Shown: positions 25,016 to 38,662, counted from the first letter of the stretch. The stretch: DNA of 64,000 bases from Callorhinchus milii (GCF_018977255.1 NW_024704742.1:49354001-49418000), one strand, 5' to 3'. The notes: a model not told the origin generated them from the sequence alone. Numbers and translations are program-made.

Positions 25016-25564
25016 AACCAAGAGAACAGGGGGAAATGATGATTAGGAACTGCAAAAATATTAAAGTAAGGTAAAGGATTTTTTGAAATTCTTACCCCTG
25101 CATAGTTAAGGGTAACTCTGCCATTGGAATGATGAGAATACATCTGTAAAATAAATTGTTACAGAGACATTTGTCAACAAAAATACAGACATTACACTTT
25201 ACAGTATATCCTGTGAAGCGCTTAGAGATGTCCTCCTGACATGAAAGCAAGTATTGTTTTATTAATGCTACAATCCTACGGCCAGTCAAGCTAGGCAATG
25301 ATTTAATAAGTGAGAGCAGGAATAAATCTACATAATATGTAGGGACCAAATGAATCTTGAAGATGGTGATTTGTTCTGAGCAGCAAATATAGTTGTTAAA
25401 TTAGAGGAAATTATTTAAATGATTACCATCTCTGCAGGAGAGCTTAATGTTAGGTACTGTTACTGGTGCAGAATTTATTGCAAATATTGTTGAATCACTG
25501 TGACACTGATGAAAACCTGTACTTTTTTCCTGTTTAAGGTCTATCCACATTGAGGAGAGGTGAG

Positions 25565-25923
25565 AAGGTTTCCTTGGAGCTATGGTTATAACTGTATATT
25601 GGAATTAAGTCAAACTTATATTGTAGTCTGGGTTATCCACTTCCTGAGCCAGGTGGGTCTGCAGTACTCCAAGGTCCTGCTGATGACAGATTAGGTAGCC
25701 AGGTTTGTCAGCAGGACTAGGAACAGGTATTCTTAAACTCCTCTTAACCCTGCAAGACAAAGCCAAAGGACGAGTCCACATTCCATTTCAGACCCAGAGA
25801 AATTCCCTTGTATAGGTTGCACGCATATGTGATTGCATAAGTACGCTCTCAATCTAGTTTGAATATTCTTATTGTATGAGATGGGTTTCCGCACGAGTCA
25901 GAGACCTGGCTTACCAAATAAAA
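25565..25923 (+). mobile_element. Unassigned structured element, diverged copy with both ends
   Basis: Starts ggtttccttggagct, contains gtcctgctgatga...tcagcaggac, ends atgggtttccgcacgagtcagagacctggcttacc-aaataaaa. Confidence 0.7.
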
Positions 25924-26627
25924 TATCCTATGAAATGGGAGGTTAGGGAAAAAATAGTTCAATGAAGGATAGTTAAAATCTGCACAAACCTTATTTAGGA
26001 CAGAGTCTGGTGTCCTTTTAAAAGGGAATGAGATGTTTAAACAGAGGAATATTAAAGGATGTGGGAAGTGAAATTAGATTGAGATGTTGGCTCATGGGTA
26101 GAAAACCATCAGTATAGCCTTGATGGGCCAAAAAAACTATTTCTATGCTGTGGCATTCTTTGATTGTGTGATGCTATTTGATTTGAGCTGGATTCCAACT
26201 ATGGTTATGGTCAGAGACAAAATATACTAATTCCAGTACTATTCATTCTAATTCAACATGGTATGAAGTCATAAACTTGCAGTATCTCTGATCTTTCTAC
26301 ACTTATAAGAAGACCTTTTTATCAGTCTGCAATACTGTACTATACACAATGTTCTCTCTTTCAAAAATGATTGCTTAACACTGTATCATTCTCTTCTCTG
26401 TGATGAACAGAGCCTGGGAGAAGTATGCTTTTAGTGTATGAGCTATGGGGAATAAGCAGGTGAATCAGACTATCATTGTGATATATAGGAGCTTCTCTGC
26501 AATGAGGAGCAGTTCACATTACTTGACTTTTTTTAGTGAGTGGGAGATAGTAATGCTATTGCTTTTGTAAGGAGCACTTTTTCAACCCTGTTGTCATGCT
26601 TGGTACATTCATTAGCACCAGCCAGAG

Positions 26628-27065
26628 AATAAAAATAATCCTTGTGATTGATAGAGTGCCTTGTCATGTTGTCTAAATGGCTCAAAGTGCTTGACAGGGT
26701 ATACTGTAAAACATAGTGCCTGTGTATTTGTTGACAAACGCAGCAGTCAATTTTGCACACAGCAGTGTTCCACAAATAATAATGAAAGAAATTATCGATT
26801 TTATCTGGATGATTGTTGGCCAAAACACCAGGAAAGACTCCTATCTCTTTTTTCAAAGTGTCATGGGAAATTTAAAGTCCAGCTGAACAAGCAGATGAGG
26901 CCTTGATTTAACATAATACCCGAGGATGGTACCTCTGACAATACAGTGCTCTGTTAGAATTCCACTGGAGTGTCAGCTTAGACTATGAGCTCATGTTTTC
27001 ATGTGGGAGTGAACCTACAACCTTCTGAATCAAATGCAAAAGTGATACCAACTGAGCTAGGCTAA
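26628..27065 (-). mobile_element. Deu-domain SINE, near full length
   Basis: tRNA-like head, Deu core and L2-type tail on the minus strand. Confidence 0.8.
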
Positions 27066-27559
27066 AGCCTAGTAAGATCTTGCCTAGCAAGATCTCATGA
27101 TACATATCATTAATTTAGCAACATCTAGTGAAATGCCTTAACAAACTCATCACCATCATCAAGTGGACATACAACATCAAGTAGTTGAAGGTGTGATGCT
27201 GATGGCTGGTTGATAAGTAGATCACTTGATCTGATTAAAATGGCTTGATGTTGTCAGTCGGAGAATAGACCACTTCCTGTTTTTTAAAAAATATATTTAC
27301 AACATGAAAAATATGAAGTTTTACAACAGCTTTGATTTTCACATTGACTATTACGAAATGCCATATTTTTCACCCCTATTACTCTCTAGATTATATTGTT
27401 TATTTGCCTTGTGTATTCATGTGGTCAGATCAAATGATGGTTGTTTGCCCCATCATCAAAATGAGCTTCTTGAATAAAGGTAGCCTTCTTGGGTTTTCGA
27501 TGAGAGGTTCAATATGAACTGTATCTGCAGCAAAGAAAGATCTAGTTTGACTGTAGTTT

Positions 27560-29696
27560 TACCGCTCCACTCTAGCCTCGGCCAAGTCGTCCTTCTACTC
27601 CAGGATAATCCTGGAGGCGAAGAACAACCCCAGGCTACTGTTTTCCACCACAACCCGACTCCTCCGTCCCCCCCGCCACCCCGCGCAGGTCATCTCCTCC
27701 AACCTTCACTGCGAGGAGATGCTGGATTTCCTTGAATCCAAGATCAAGGGAATTCGCTCCGCGGTCACTTCCCCTCCAACATCCACCAACCCCCCGCCCC
27801 CTCACTCCCACACTCCGACTGCTACCCATCCTCCCCTACACACTTTTGTACCCGTTTCCCCACCCTCTGTCACCAAACTCATCCTATCCCTGAAACCAAC
27901 CACCTGCTCCCTTGACCCCATCCCCACTCCACTCCTTATCTCCCAGCTCCACTTTCTTGCCCCACATATCACCGACATCGTCAACCTGTCCCTCTCCTCT
28001 GGCTCTGTCCCCATTCCCTTAAAAACTGCCACCATCACGCCCACCCTGAAAAAACCCTCCCTTGATGCGTCGCAGCTATCAAGCTACCGGCCCATCTCCA
28101 ACCTCCCCTTTCTCTCCAAGGTCCTGGAAAGAGTTGTCGCCTCCCAACTGCGCTCTTTCCTTTCCACCCATTCACTTTTTGAACCCCTTCAGTCAGGTTT
28201 CCGTGCTGCCCATAGCACAGAAACTGCCCTGGTCAAGGTCACCAATGATATCCTGACCATCTGTGACCAGGGCTCCCTCTGCCTCCTCGTCCTCCTCGAC
28301 CTATCGGCAGCATTCGATACGGTCGACCACGCTATCCTACTCCACCGCTTGTCCTCCCACCTCAACCTTCAAGGCACTGTCCTTGAGTGGTTTAGGTCGT
28401 ACCTTTCTCACCGTCTTCACTTTGTCTCGACAAATGGCTTCTCCTCCACCCCCCGCACTGTCTCATGTGGTGTCCCTCAGGGCTCTGTCCTCGGTCCCCT
28501 CCTCTTCACCCTCTATATGCTCCCCCTTGGTGACATCATCCGCAGACATGGAGTTAACTTCCACATGTATGCGGATGACACCCAACTCTACCTTTCCTCC
28601 TCTACTCTCAACTCCACGACCACCGATGTCCTGACAGCTGCCTGTCCGACATCGAGTCCTGGACGAGAGACAACTTTCTTCAGCTCAACGTGCGAAAAAC
28701 CGAGGCCCTCCTGATTGGCTCACGTCAGCGCCTCCGCACCTCAGGCGCCGACACCATCAGCATCCAAGGCTGCACTCTCCACCTCTCAAAGCCAGTCAGG
28801 AACCTCGGCGTTTTGTTCGACCCTGAGCTGTCCTTTCTCCCTCACATCCGCACCACAACTGGCACCGCCTTCCATCACCTCCGGAACATCGCCAGACTAC
28901 GGCACTACCTCACCCCTCACGCTGCTGAAACCCTGGTCCACGCCTTTGTCACCTCAAGGCTGGACTATGGGAACTCTCTCCTCGCCGGCCTTCCCGCCAC
29001 CTCCCTCCACAAGCTGCAGGTCATTCAGAACTCTGCAGCTCGTGTACTGTCCCGCACCAGGCTTCGCGACCACATCACTCCCACCCTCGCTCGCCTCCAC
29101 TGGCTCCCCATCCCCCAGAGGATTGATTTCAAGATCCTCATCCTCACCTATAAGGCCATTCACGGCCTTGCTCCCTCCTACCTCTCTGACCTACTATCCC
29201 CCTACCTACCTGCCCGTACCCTCCGTTCCTCTGGCTCCGGACTGCTCCACACCCCCCGCCCCAATCGCCCTACCATCGGTGGTCGGGCCTTCAGCCTCTC
29301 AGCCCCCAGGCTCTGGAACTCTATCCCCCAGTGCCTTCGCCGCCTCCTCCCTCTCCTCCTTCAAGGCCGGTCTCAAAACCTTTCTCTTTGACCGAGCCTT
29401 CAGCTCCCCTCTCGACTCTCTTCCCACTCCTCGTTCCCTCCCTTCCCTCACCCTGACCATTTCCCCCCTCCTCGCTCCCTCCCTTCCCTCCCCTCACCCT
29501 GACCATTTCCCCCCTCCTCGCTCCCTCCCTTCCCTCCCCTCACCCTGACCATTTCCCCCCTCCTCGCTCCCTCCCTTCCCTCCCCTCACCCTGACCATTT
29601 CCCCCTGCTCGGGTCCTGACCCAACTGTGCAGCGCCTTGGGACGTCCTCCTGACGTGAAAGGCGCTTTATAAATGGAATCTTGTTGTTGTTGTTGT
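27560..29696 (+). mobile_element. L2 LINE, 5'-truncated 2.1 kb, young; RT domain with frameshift near 28637
   Basis: [66 protein letters not shown], then RLDYGNSLL, LHWLP. (TTG)n tail. Confidence 0.98.
29428..29606. repeat. 46-bp pyrimidine-rich tandem repeat, ~4 copies, inside L2 3'UTR
   Basis: ctgaccat recurs at 29453, 29499, 29545 and 29591 (period 46). Confidence 0.95.
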
Positions 29697-29699
29697 TTT

Positions 29700-29984
29700 T
29701 CAGTACTTTCAATGTTAGAAAAAAAAGGACACACAAAGACACTTTTAATATTTAATGATTTGTATCACTTTACCTGATGCTGGTATAAAGTCAACCATGA
29801 TGCAGCCTTATGCATTATTGAGGTGGACGGCTGGCAGTGACTTTATTGTCTTATGTCTGAATGGTAACGGCTAGTGCTAGATGTTTAAAACGTCTCTCCA
29901 CGATATATGGCTATGGACTTATAAGTTTGCAAGTGTTTGTAAAAGATTTTCTGCTGACAAAGACAATGTGAACTGTACTCTTTG
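29700..29984 (+). promoter_or_regulatory. Non-repeat segment between L2 tail and GRXCR1 ATG (candidate proximal promoter/5'UTR)
   Basis: Position only, plus a TATAAA at 29784-29789. TSS unknown. Confidence 0.3.
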
Positions 29985-30395
29985 ATGGATGAAGTTAGGC
30001 TCAAGAGCACAATGAAGCCGGAGGGAGAGAGGCCGCAAAAGAAAGTCAGGTTTCGGATATCTTCTGCGAAGAGTGGCAGGATCCTGAAGGAGGTGTACAC
30101 TGATGAAGATCCCAGGGAGCCGCAGGACTTGGAATGTGCCAGCAATTCAGGGACTGAGCCGTACAGTGGACATAGCGAAGTCAACGGCCATAACGAGCAG
30201 CACTTTGGGTTAGAAACCGATGAAAGTGAAAGCGAGTGTGACGACATGCTCTTATTAGTGAGCACCACAAAGGACAGAGGCTTCAGTGCAAAGAGAATTA
30301 ATATCTTGAGTAAAAATGGTACAGTCAGAGGTGTCAAACACAAAGTCAGTGCCGGTCAGGCTCTTTTCAGTAACTTGTCAAACAGTGCTGCTCAG
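29985..30395 (+). CDS. GRXCR1: GRXCR1 coding exon 1 (137 codons; alternative in-frame ATG at 30012)
   Basis: Translation MDEVRLKSTMKPEGERPQKKVRFRISSAKSGRILKEVY...RINILSKNGTVRGVKHKVSAGQALF matches the GRXCR1 N-terminus (KVRFRI.S..SGR.LKEVY; NILSKNGTVRGVK.KVSAGQALF). Ends at donor CAG|GTATGT, phase 0. Confidence 0.95.
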
Positions 30396-31564
30396 GTATG
30401 TCGTTAAGAATCTCAAACTTGTGAGAAGTAAAGTTATTGCTCGTTGTCGTGATAACTAACACTGGCGTCAACTTGTGACTTTTCTTTAAATTTGCAGAAT
30501 CAATACTTCTCAACGTTCCCATAGGTTTAAGATTTGTAACAAGATCTGAAAACCGTAAGGAAAGAGGAGGTGAAACCAGCTCCTGAGTACAGTCCACAAA
30601 TTAAACTGAAATGAAATATACTTAAGTGGAAATGTTGTTATTCTGAACTGGAGTTGCTGATCTAAATAAATTGATTGGCCCCCAAGCTTTCTGGTTGTCT
30701 CTCCTTGAAGTCCAGAGTCCAGTAATATAAAATACTGTACCACTTTATCAAGCGAGCGATGCAATGGATTAGGATTACTGCTGGCTCCTTTTCTGTTTTC
30801 TGTTCCACCCAGTCTGCAAATACTGTATCAACAGCCATCTGGTGCTAGAACATAGGAAATACAGCTGAGAGATTTGGGAAATGGATACGTACGTCATTGG
30901 CAAATGATACATTGGAGGATAAATAGGTTCTAAATAAATTGGAGTTTATGTCCCTTTGTTAAAAGCAACGTCTTACTTTTCACTTTTAAAATCTGTTTTA
31001 ATTTTATTTCAGTGAGGTTTTAAAGGCCTCATTAAAATGTATAGCTTCTGTCCAGTTGCAATATTATAATAACAATATTATAATCCCTGATTGTGACAAA
31101 TACCAACTTCAAGCATTTAAATCAATTTAAATAAGAAACTCGGATGTCTAATTTGCGATATTTCTTAATGGGCTTACTTAATAAGGAATCAGTCTCGCAC
31201 AAATGGGTGTTTTTTCAAGAAAGCAGATTTACGGCATCCGGGACATTTTCTCTGATGCGGTCTACTTTCAGAGTGGAGATAAGGATTTCTTATTAAGGAA
31301 ACCTGGTGAGAAATATTGCAAGTTAGATCACTGTACATTTCCTCATTTTAAATAAATCATTTTTTGGCCATTCATAATTTGTCAGTGTGATGCATCAACT
31401 GTGACTGCACACAATGAAAATAACTGAGGTTTTTCTGAAACTCACTGCACAACAGTATCTGAACCCAGTGTGTATGTGTGCCTGTACGCATATTATCCCT
31501 GACTGCCTATTGGAATGTAGATTGCCAACCCAACGTATTGAACTAAAGATGGTAGGAACAAACC

Positions 31565-32300
31565 ATCTTAAAGAGGATGAAGGAACAGAGAGACCTGGGG
31601 GTTCATATAAGTAGATCTTTGAAAGTGGCAGAACAGGTAGATAAAGCTGTTAAAAAAGCATACAGGCTACTAGGCTTTATAAATAGGGGCATAGAATACA
31701 AAAGTCAGGAAGTTATGATGAACCTTTATAAAACACTGGTTAGGCCTCAGCTCGAGACTGTGTTCAGTTCTGGGCACCACACTTTAGGAAGGATGTCAAG
31801 GCAGTAGAGAGGGTGCAAAGAAGATTTGCCAGGATGGTACCAGGAATGAGGGGCCTCAGTTATGAGGAGAGGTTAGAGAAGCTGGGATTATTCTCCTTGG
31901 AGCAGAGAAGGTTAAGAGGAGACTTAATAGTTTTCAAAATTATGAAGGGATTTATTAGGGGTGAACAAGGAGAAACTATTTCCACTGGCGGGTGGGTCGG
32001 TAACCCAAGGACACCGATTTAAACTAGTTGTTAAAAGAAACAGAGGGGAGATGAGGAGAAATTTTTTCACACACTGAGTTGTTTGGATCTGGAGTGCGTT
32101 GCTTGAAAGGGTGGTGGAAGCCGATTCGATAACAACTTTTAAGAGTGAAATAGATAATTACTTAGCAGGACAAGTTTGCAGGGCTATGGGGAGAGAGCAG
32201 GGGAGTGGGATTGATTTGGATAGCTCTTTTCAAAGAGCTGGTACAGACACGATGGGCCAAATGGCATCCTTCTGTGCTGTAAAATTCTATGATTCTGATT
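31565..32300 (+). mobile_element. CR1 LINE 3' fragment (GRXCR1 intron 1)
   Basis: EQRDLGVHI...LYKTLVRPQLE, LSYEERLEKLGLFSLEQRRLRGDLI. Tail ttctatgattct. Confidence 0.93.
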
Positions 32301-33544
32301 CACTGCATGTTGTGATATTATTTCCTGAAGCTCATTGTATTACAGAGCTTTGAACTGTCTCCAACCGTTACACTTGAGCTGACACAATACTATTCAACTG
32401 CTGATGGATGGCTCTCAGTGGAGTCTAAACAATAGGAATTGCTTTTGATTTGACGGGTTTGCAGTGGGATTATCATGCCACATTTATTTTGCTTTGTACG
32501 TAAATGCAAAGCGGGATTTCTAATTAGCCAGGACATTACATTTCTGTCCCAGTGTCATGGTGTCATCAGTGTAACAAACCAAACAATTTAGCTTACCAGC
32601 TTGGAACAATCAATGAGATCGTGTAATTCATAACAACATTCAGCAAAGGTCTTTCAGCCCATGCAGCAGATCATTGTTATTCATCCAGACCCAGCTTTCG
32701 AAACTGACCTGATAAGGTTTTAATTTCTGTTTGCTGTTTCCTTCCAGTGACCCATAGCCCTCCACTCCCAGTTGAACCAATTGTTCAGAATATTTAACAA
32801 TTAAAAATAATAGTCCTACATAATTCTTGCATTTGATAAAGAGCATTTCCCTTCAGGCAGATGTCTCAAAGGGCTTTGCAGGATTTACTATGACGTGAAG
32901 TGACTGTTTACTTTGTAGATGAACGTGGCAGCCAATTTATGGCCAGCAACATCCCACAAAACAGTAATGTAGTGAATGATCAATTTTATTGTTGCAGTAT
33001 ATATAGCATTTGATGTCAATCTATTAAATAAGTTATTACCACAGAGGTTATGTTTTATTCCTCTGTTTAGGTCAGTTTGTCGCTTATTAGCTTGTCTCCT
33101 GATTCTCTCTGAACCCAATGTACTGATTTTGCATTATTTTTAAAACATGTTCTACCCTAATCTTTTCTTTGAGTTATTTTTTAGCCTGTCTTCATACTCA
33201 CTAGGAATCTAAAACTTTGAATCTTAGTTGTCCATGTTTGAATCCCTCTACAAGTATAGTAATACCTCCTGGATACATTGGTAGACACACACATTGGGTA
33301 ACGTTTTGCTGGTAGGTAAAGTTCAACTAACTATCATATGCATATATTACAATTTCTCCGTTATAAACAATGTAAAGAAGAGCAACATGTATGACCTTAG
33401 TGATGGAGAAATGAGCTATAAGCAACAATTAGACAAGCTAGGGGTCTTCAGTCAGAGACTTCTTAAAGGGGACCTTACAGAGTTATGTAAGATTTTAAAT
33501 GCGATTTTCCCTGGACATTCAAGCTTTCCCATTCAGTAATAAGA

Positions 33545-33720
33545 TAAGTGGGGTTTCCTTGGAGCTGAACTGGCTCCAAGGTGACATGCCTGGGAATGGG
33601 ATGCCAGAATTGAGCCAGCCCTCTGTAGCAGTCTTGGTGGTCCTGTTCTTGAGCCAAGCAGGGCACTGCTGATGACCGCACAGCCAGCCTGGCTCATCAG
33701 CAGGACCTGGAAGGGTAGTG
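33545..33720 (+). mobile_element. Unassigned structured element, 5' fragment
   Basis: taagtggggtttccttggagctgaactggctccaaggtgacatg is nearly identical to 62365-62408. Confidence 0.85.
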
Positions 33721-33724
33721 AATC

Positions 33725-33772
33725 TAACCCAGGTCTCTTGGGTGGTCTAACCACTGAGCTGCAGGACTCCAC
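33725..33772 (-). mobile_element. tRNA-SINE head fragment
   Basis: ctaaccactgagctgcaggactccac is the antisense of the SINE 5' end. Confidence 0.7.
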
Positions 33773-36700
33773 AATAGCATCATTCACATCATTAGGATGC
33801 CTCAAACTGCTTCACAGGATTTACTGGGAAGTATAGCGATTGTGTATTGTTTAGATGAAATCAGCTGCTAATTTGTTCAGCGTAATGTCCCACAAACAGC
33901 CATGAAATGAATGACCAATTTTATCTGGGGGTTTGTTGGCCAGGATTCTTCTGAATATTGTGAACAGCAGAGGTTCTCGCACGGTTCCATGGAGTACGCC
34001 CACCAGTCTCAGTTATCCATTTAGAACTATTTTCTACCATTGATCACTACCCTGTACTTCCTATTAATTAACTTATTTGTTGCTTCCTCTTTTACTCCAA
34101 AATCTTTCATTTTAAGACGCAAGTGTGTTATAAGTCACTTCTGACTTAATGTCTCCTGAACACCAAGCTACATAACATCCTTTACACTAATATCAACCAT
34201 TAATTTGGTGCAAACCTCAAATAATTGAAATCATTTTATATTATGTTTGACTTTCAGTGTTGGCTTGGAATTATTGCTGTTTTTCTTATTAACTGTACTC
34301 AGCATACAAGAGTCCAATGTTTTTCTTATTACAGTTAAATCTAACAGGCTTGGAATTCCTGGAATCATACTTCGCTGACCTTTTAAAAAATTGGAACATT
34401 TGCTATTTTTTGATCAACTTCTCCTGTCCGTATGTTTAAGGAGCTGCTAGTAATTTCACGCCAGAGCTGCCCCTGCCTCTGTTCTAATTTCCTTAAGTGC
34501 CACTGAGCAATGAACATCCCTCTGCCTGAGAAATCTTACCTCCCTCACTAGAAACTGGCACTAGGCCAACCTGCTCAAAAGCACGAACAGTAAAATGTGC
34601 AACACTATTTATTTTCCATATTCTAGACTTAGTATATTTTTCTGCCTCTTTCATAACTCCTCATCTCCATGATATCCTGTTATTCTGTCATAAAAATCTC
34701 CCAACACCCTAGTTAAATCTACGCAGAGATTTGCCCATGCTATACTGAATGAACTACAATTCATTTATGTTATGTGTTGGAAACATATGGTTCAATAAAT
34801 TTAGTGGTTCTCACTTTTTGCATAATTTATTTCTCGTGTCACATGTGATTAATTTCCTACTCCACTCGATTTCCAGAAGTGACTCATTCAATGCCCGGAA
34901 AAATAATACATTCAATAATCTGTCCTAGATCGAGTCTATATTTCTAACTCGGTGACTCTTGGTGCTATAAAGATAGATATATAAAACTGGTAATGCAGGA
35001 AGGGGTTGAACCAGAGAGTACCTATTTTACTGTAAAGCCATTGAGTACTATAGCAAGACTGTGAAAAAATTGTTCTTATTTACATTAATGCCTATACTTA
35101 AAATATAAAAACACAGGGGTGTAAGGAGATTAATTTGCTCCAGCGGTAAGTTAGGTAACATTTGACAGTTTGTATGTAGTATGAAGCAACAGAAAATGTC
35201 CCTTACATGGAGCAAAAGGCCATTAAATGCATTGACAAGGGGAAAGTAACCACTTCAATGAGTGACACACCATGAATATTCATTAGTTTCATTATAACAT
35301 TTTAAAACAAATGTTTAAACAATCATCTTATCACTGGGAGTTTCTCCCTCCCTAATTTCTAGCTGGAATCCTCAACAATAGGTTTTCACAATGTGAACAA
35401 AATCTAGAGAGGAAGGGAGAGCAAAAAGCACTTTACACAATGGGTTAAAAATGCAATGCCAGCTCGTACTCCAATTCACTGTCTGTCTCCTTCACTCAGC
35501 ATACCTCCAACCCCTCTATGCTATCTATCATCAGTGGCCATTCCTTCAGCGCCTACACCCCTAACCTCTGTAACTCCTTGCTTCATTCCCTCTGCTTTTC
35601 CCCTTCTTTATTTATTTTTAAATCCTTTTTTAAGATTTACCTCTTTGCTTGCACCTATGGTCACCTTCCCCCCTTCCCCCCGCTCAATGTCCAACCCCGC
35701 CATTGTGCAGCGCTCTGACATGCTATCCTGTGTGAAGGGAGCTATATAAATTATTCCACATTCAATGGTACGCCATAAAATGTTATCTACATATTTCCGT
35801 AACATGACAGCCACCCAGCTAAAGACCTCATCTGGTTTTGTTTCCCATAATGCTATCACCAGTTGGCTGTGAACTTGGGTGTAAGGGAGTAGAGTTATGC
35901 AGAGTTACATAGATTGATCCAGCATGAAAACTGGCCATTTGGCCCAACTAGTCAGTACCTGTATTCGTACACAAGCACTCATACCTCCAATTCTCCTCAT
36001 CTATCCCCCAATTTCCTTCATTTATGCTCCTATATATTGAAACTACTTTATTTATATTTAAATGTCAAATTGATTCTTTTCTCCATTTTTTGTTGGAGCA
36101 AACCTTTTGACTTATTAATAATAATTAATAATAATCGTTTACCATAAATATACAATCAGTTCACTTTACAGTAAAATCCTGTGAAGCGCTTTGAGACATT
36201 TTGATGACATGACAAGGCACTATATTAAAGGGATTATTATTATTAATTGAATTTCCAGATCACCTTTAAACTCAAATCTAGCTTTAACTATAAGTGTTTA
36301 AGTGAAGTTTTTAATTTTGAGGTTTCTTGACGACGTGATGAAACACTGTATCAAATCAAATACAAGGATGACAGAAAAACAAGCTCCCAAATTAAGACTT
36401 TTTTTAAAAAAAACAGTTGTCCAAATCTGCATGCTGTGAAATGTTAAGAAAATAGCCTTAAGTCTAGAATTGGGTAGAATTGCTGGTCCATGGATCAAAT
36501 TATTAAATACGTTTTAAAAATTGAAATTTATTTAGTGGGTAAAATGCCGTAAATATAAGAATTTTAATTGGGGAATACCTTAACGACAATTTCTAAGGGG
36601 AGCTGTTAATAATGTCTCTGAGCCACAAATATCCAAGTTATACTCTGATAACTTCAAGTACATCATGCGAGCATTTCTCTAACTCAATCAATTTTTGAAG

Positions 36701-36821
36701 TGAAGTTTCCAACAAGCAATGTGGTGAACCTGGTTTCTGGAAGGAGCCATATCTGTAGCTAGAATTTGACTCCCATCACTGATTGTCTCAGTTAAAGGAT
36801 CCAATATTTATTTAGGAAAAT

Positions 36822-36871
36822 GCAGCTTGGATTTATAGCAGCTTGGATTTATAGCAGCTTGGATTTATAGC
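36822..36871. repeat. 16-bp tandem repeat (gcagcttggatttata) x3
   Basis: Direct reading. The unit resembles the antisense L2/SINE tail. Confidence 0.9.
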
Positions 36872-37844
36872 GGTGAGGACATTGTAACATTTATCAAATA
36901 TCCCTGTTTCTGATGCAGGAAGTTTTTAAAATATTGGGTTGAAAATTGCAATATGTGATGTGTTAATTGTAACTGATGAAAATGATCCCATTGCAGAAAA
37001 TTCCACTCTACTCTGTTAATCCTTCAGAATGATTAGTCTCGAAGCTTACCCATGATTACCATTAGACTTTCTGGCATGCAAAGGGTATTGTTGAAATGCT
37101 GGATAACTGGCTTCCTGCTTAACTCGACAAAAAACTGAGTAATGCTACCAATAATGGCAGCCCATGGCATTGGAGTACCGTTCTGGACATTCCCTAATGA
37201 AATAATGTAGAACGTACGTACTTACAGCAAATGAGGTCTCACAGCACCGAATACACAATGAATATAATGAAATTGGCAGCTAGACAAGCTGAGCTTCCGC
37301 ACTGCCTTACATCAGTGCTTCATAATGAATATTATTTCAGTAAATAACTTTTTTTATTTTAAACAATTATGCAAATGATAAAAAAAGTTGAACAACCAAA
37401 TTAAGCTTCTAGAGTAAAGAAAAGCACTTATGCAAACATTAAATTGTAAGGCAAGCTAGCAGAGTATGCAGCAGATGGCTTCCCCTGTCTATCACTATGC
37501 AGGGATGCTGTTCCAAAATAATAATTGACAGCACTTAAATGACACAAAGGCAATCCTACCTGCACACATGATGCAAAGTTGAATGTTTCCAAATATGCAG
37601 CTAAGCGAGGCTAAATCAAAATGACAGCCAGACAGCTTGAGCTGTTCCTACCTGCCAGTTAGATAGACAGGAAGAAGCAAGTAAAAATTGAACTTTTATG
37701 AGACCTTTTATGAGAAACGTCTCAAACTGCTTCACAAGCAATTACTTCAAGTCTAGTGACTGTTTTCATAGGCAAATGTGGCATCCATTTGAACACCGCA
37801 TCATCACACAAGCAGTAATGAAGTGAATGATGATCAATCAAGTT

Positions 37845-38660
37845 TGCAGATGAGCTGGGAAAGTAATAAACAGTGAGGAGAATATAGCAAACAGCAAGAG
37901 GACATAGACAGACTGGTAAAATGGGCAGACATGTGGCAGATGAAGTTTAATGTGGAGAAATGTGAATTGATGTATTTTGGAAGGAAGAATGAGGAGAGGC
38001 AATATAAGCTGATGGTAGAATCTTAAAGGGGGTGAAGGAACAGAGAGACCTGGGGCTTCATGTAAGTAAATTGTTGAAGGTGTCAGGACAGGTAGATAAA
38101 GCTGTTAAAAATGCATATGGGATACTAGGCTTTATAAATAGGGGCATAGAATGCAAAAGTTAGGAAGTTATGATGAGCCTTTCCAAAATACTGGTTAGAT
38201 CTCAACTAGAGTACTGTAATAATCAGTTCTGGGCATCACACCTTAGGAAGGATGTCAAGGCATTGGAAAGGATGCAAAGGAGATTTGTCAGGATGGTACG
38301 AGGAATGAGGAATGAGGAAGCTAGGATTATACTTGGAGCAGAGAAGGTTAAGAGGAGACTTAATAGAAGTTTTCAAAATTATGAGGGGATTTGATAAGGA
38401 TGAACAAGTAGAAACTATTTCCACTGGCGGGTGGGTTGATAACGTGATAACACCGATTTAAACTAGTTGTTAAAAGAAACAGAGGGGAGGTGAGGAGAAA
38501 TCTTGTCACACACAGAGTTGTTCGGATCTGGAATGCATTGCCAGCAAGGGTGGTGGAAGCCGATTCAATAACAACTTTTAAGAGAGTAGATAATTATTTG
38601 GGGAAGACAAGTTTGCAGGGCTATGGAGGACAGTGGGGGAGTGAGATTGATTTGGATAGT
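37845..38660 (+). mobile_element. CR1 LINE 3' fragment (GRXCR1 intron 1)
   Basis: Parallel to 31565-32225. LVKWADMWQMKFNVEKC, LVRSQLEYC, RVVRIWNALPARVVEA. Confidence 0.92.
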
Positions 38661-38662
38661 TC

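Noticed and set aside
27719..29391. Long ORFs (331 aa, 233 aa) as a cellular or novel reverse-transcriptase gene
   Set aside because: Frameshifted, 5'-truncated L2 ORF2 with many paralogous fragments in the window and a (TTG)n tail. No sign of domestication.
29428..29606. CRISPR-like array
   Set aside because: Units are contiguous with no unique spacers, the context is eukaryotic, and the unit derives from the L2 3'UTR.
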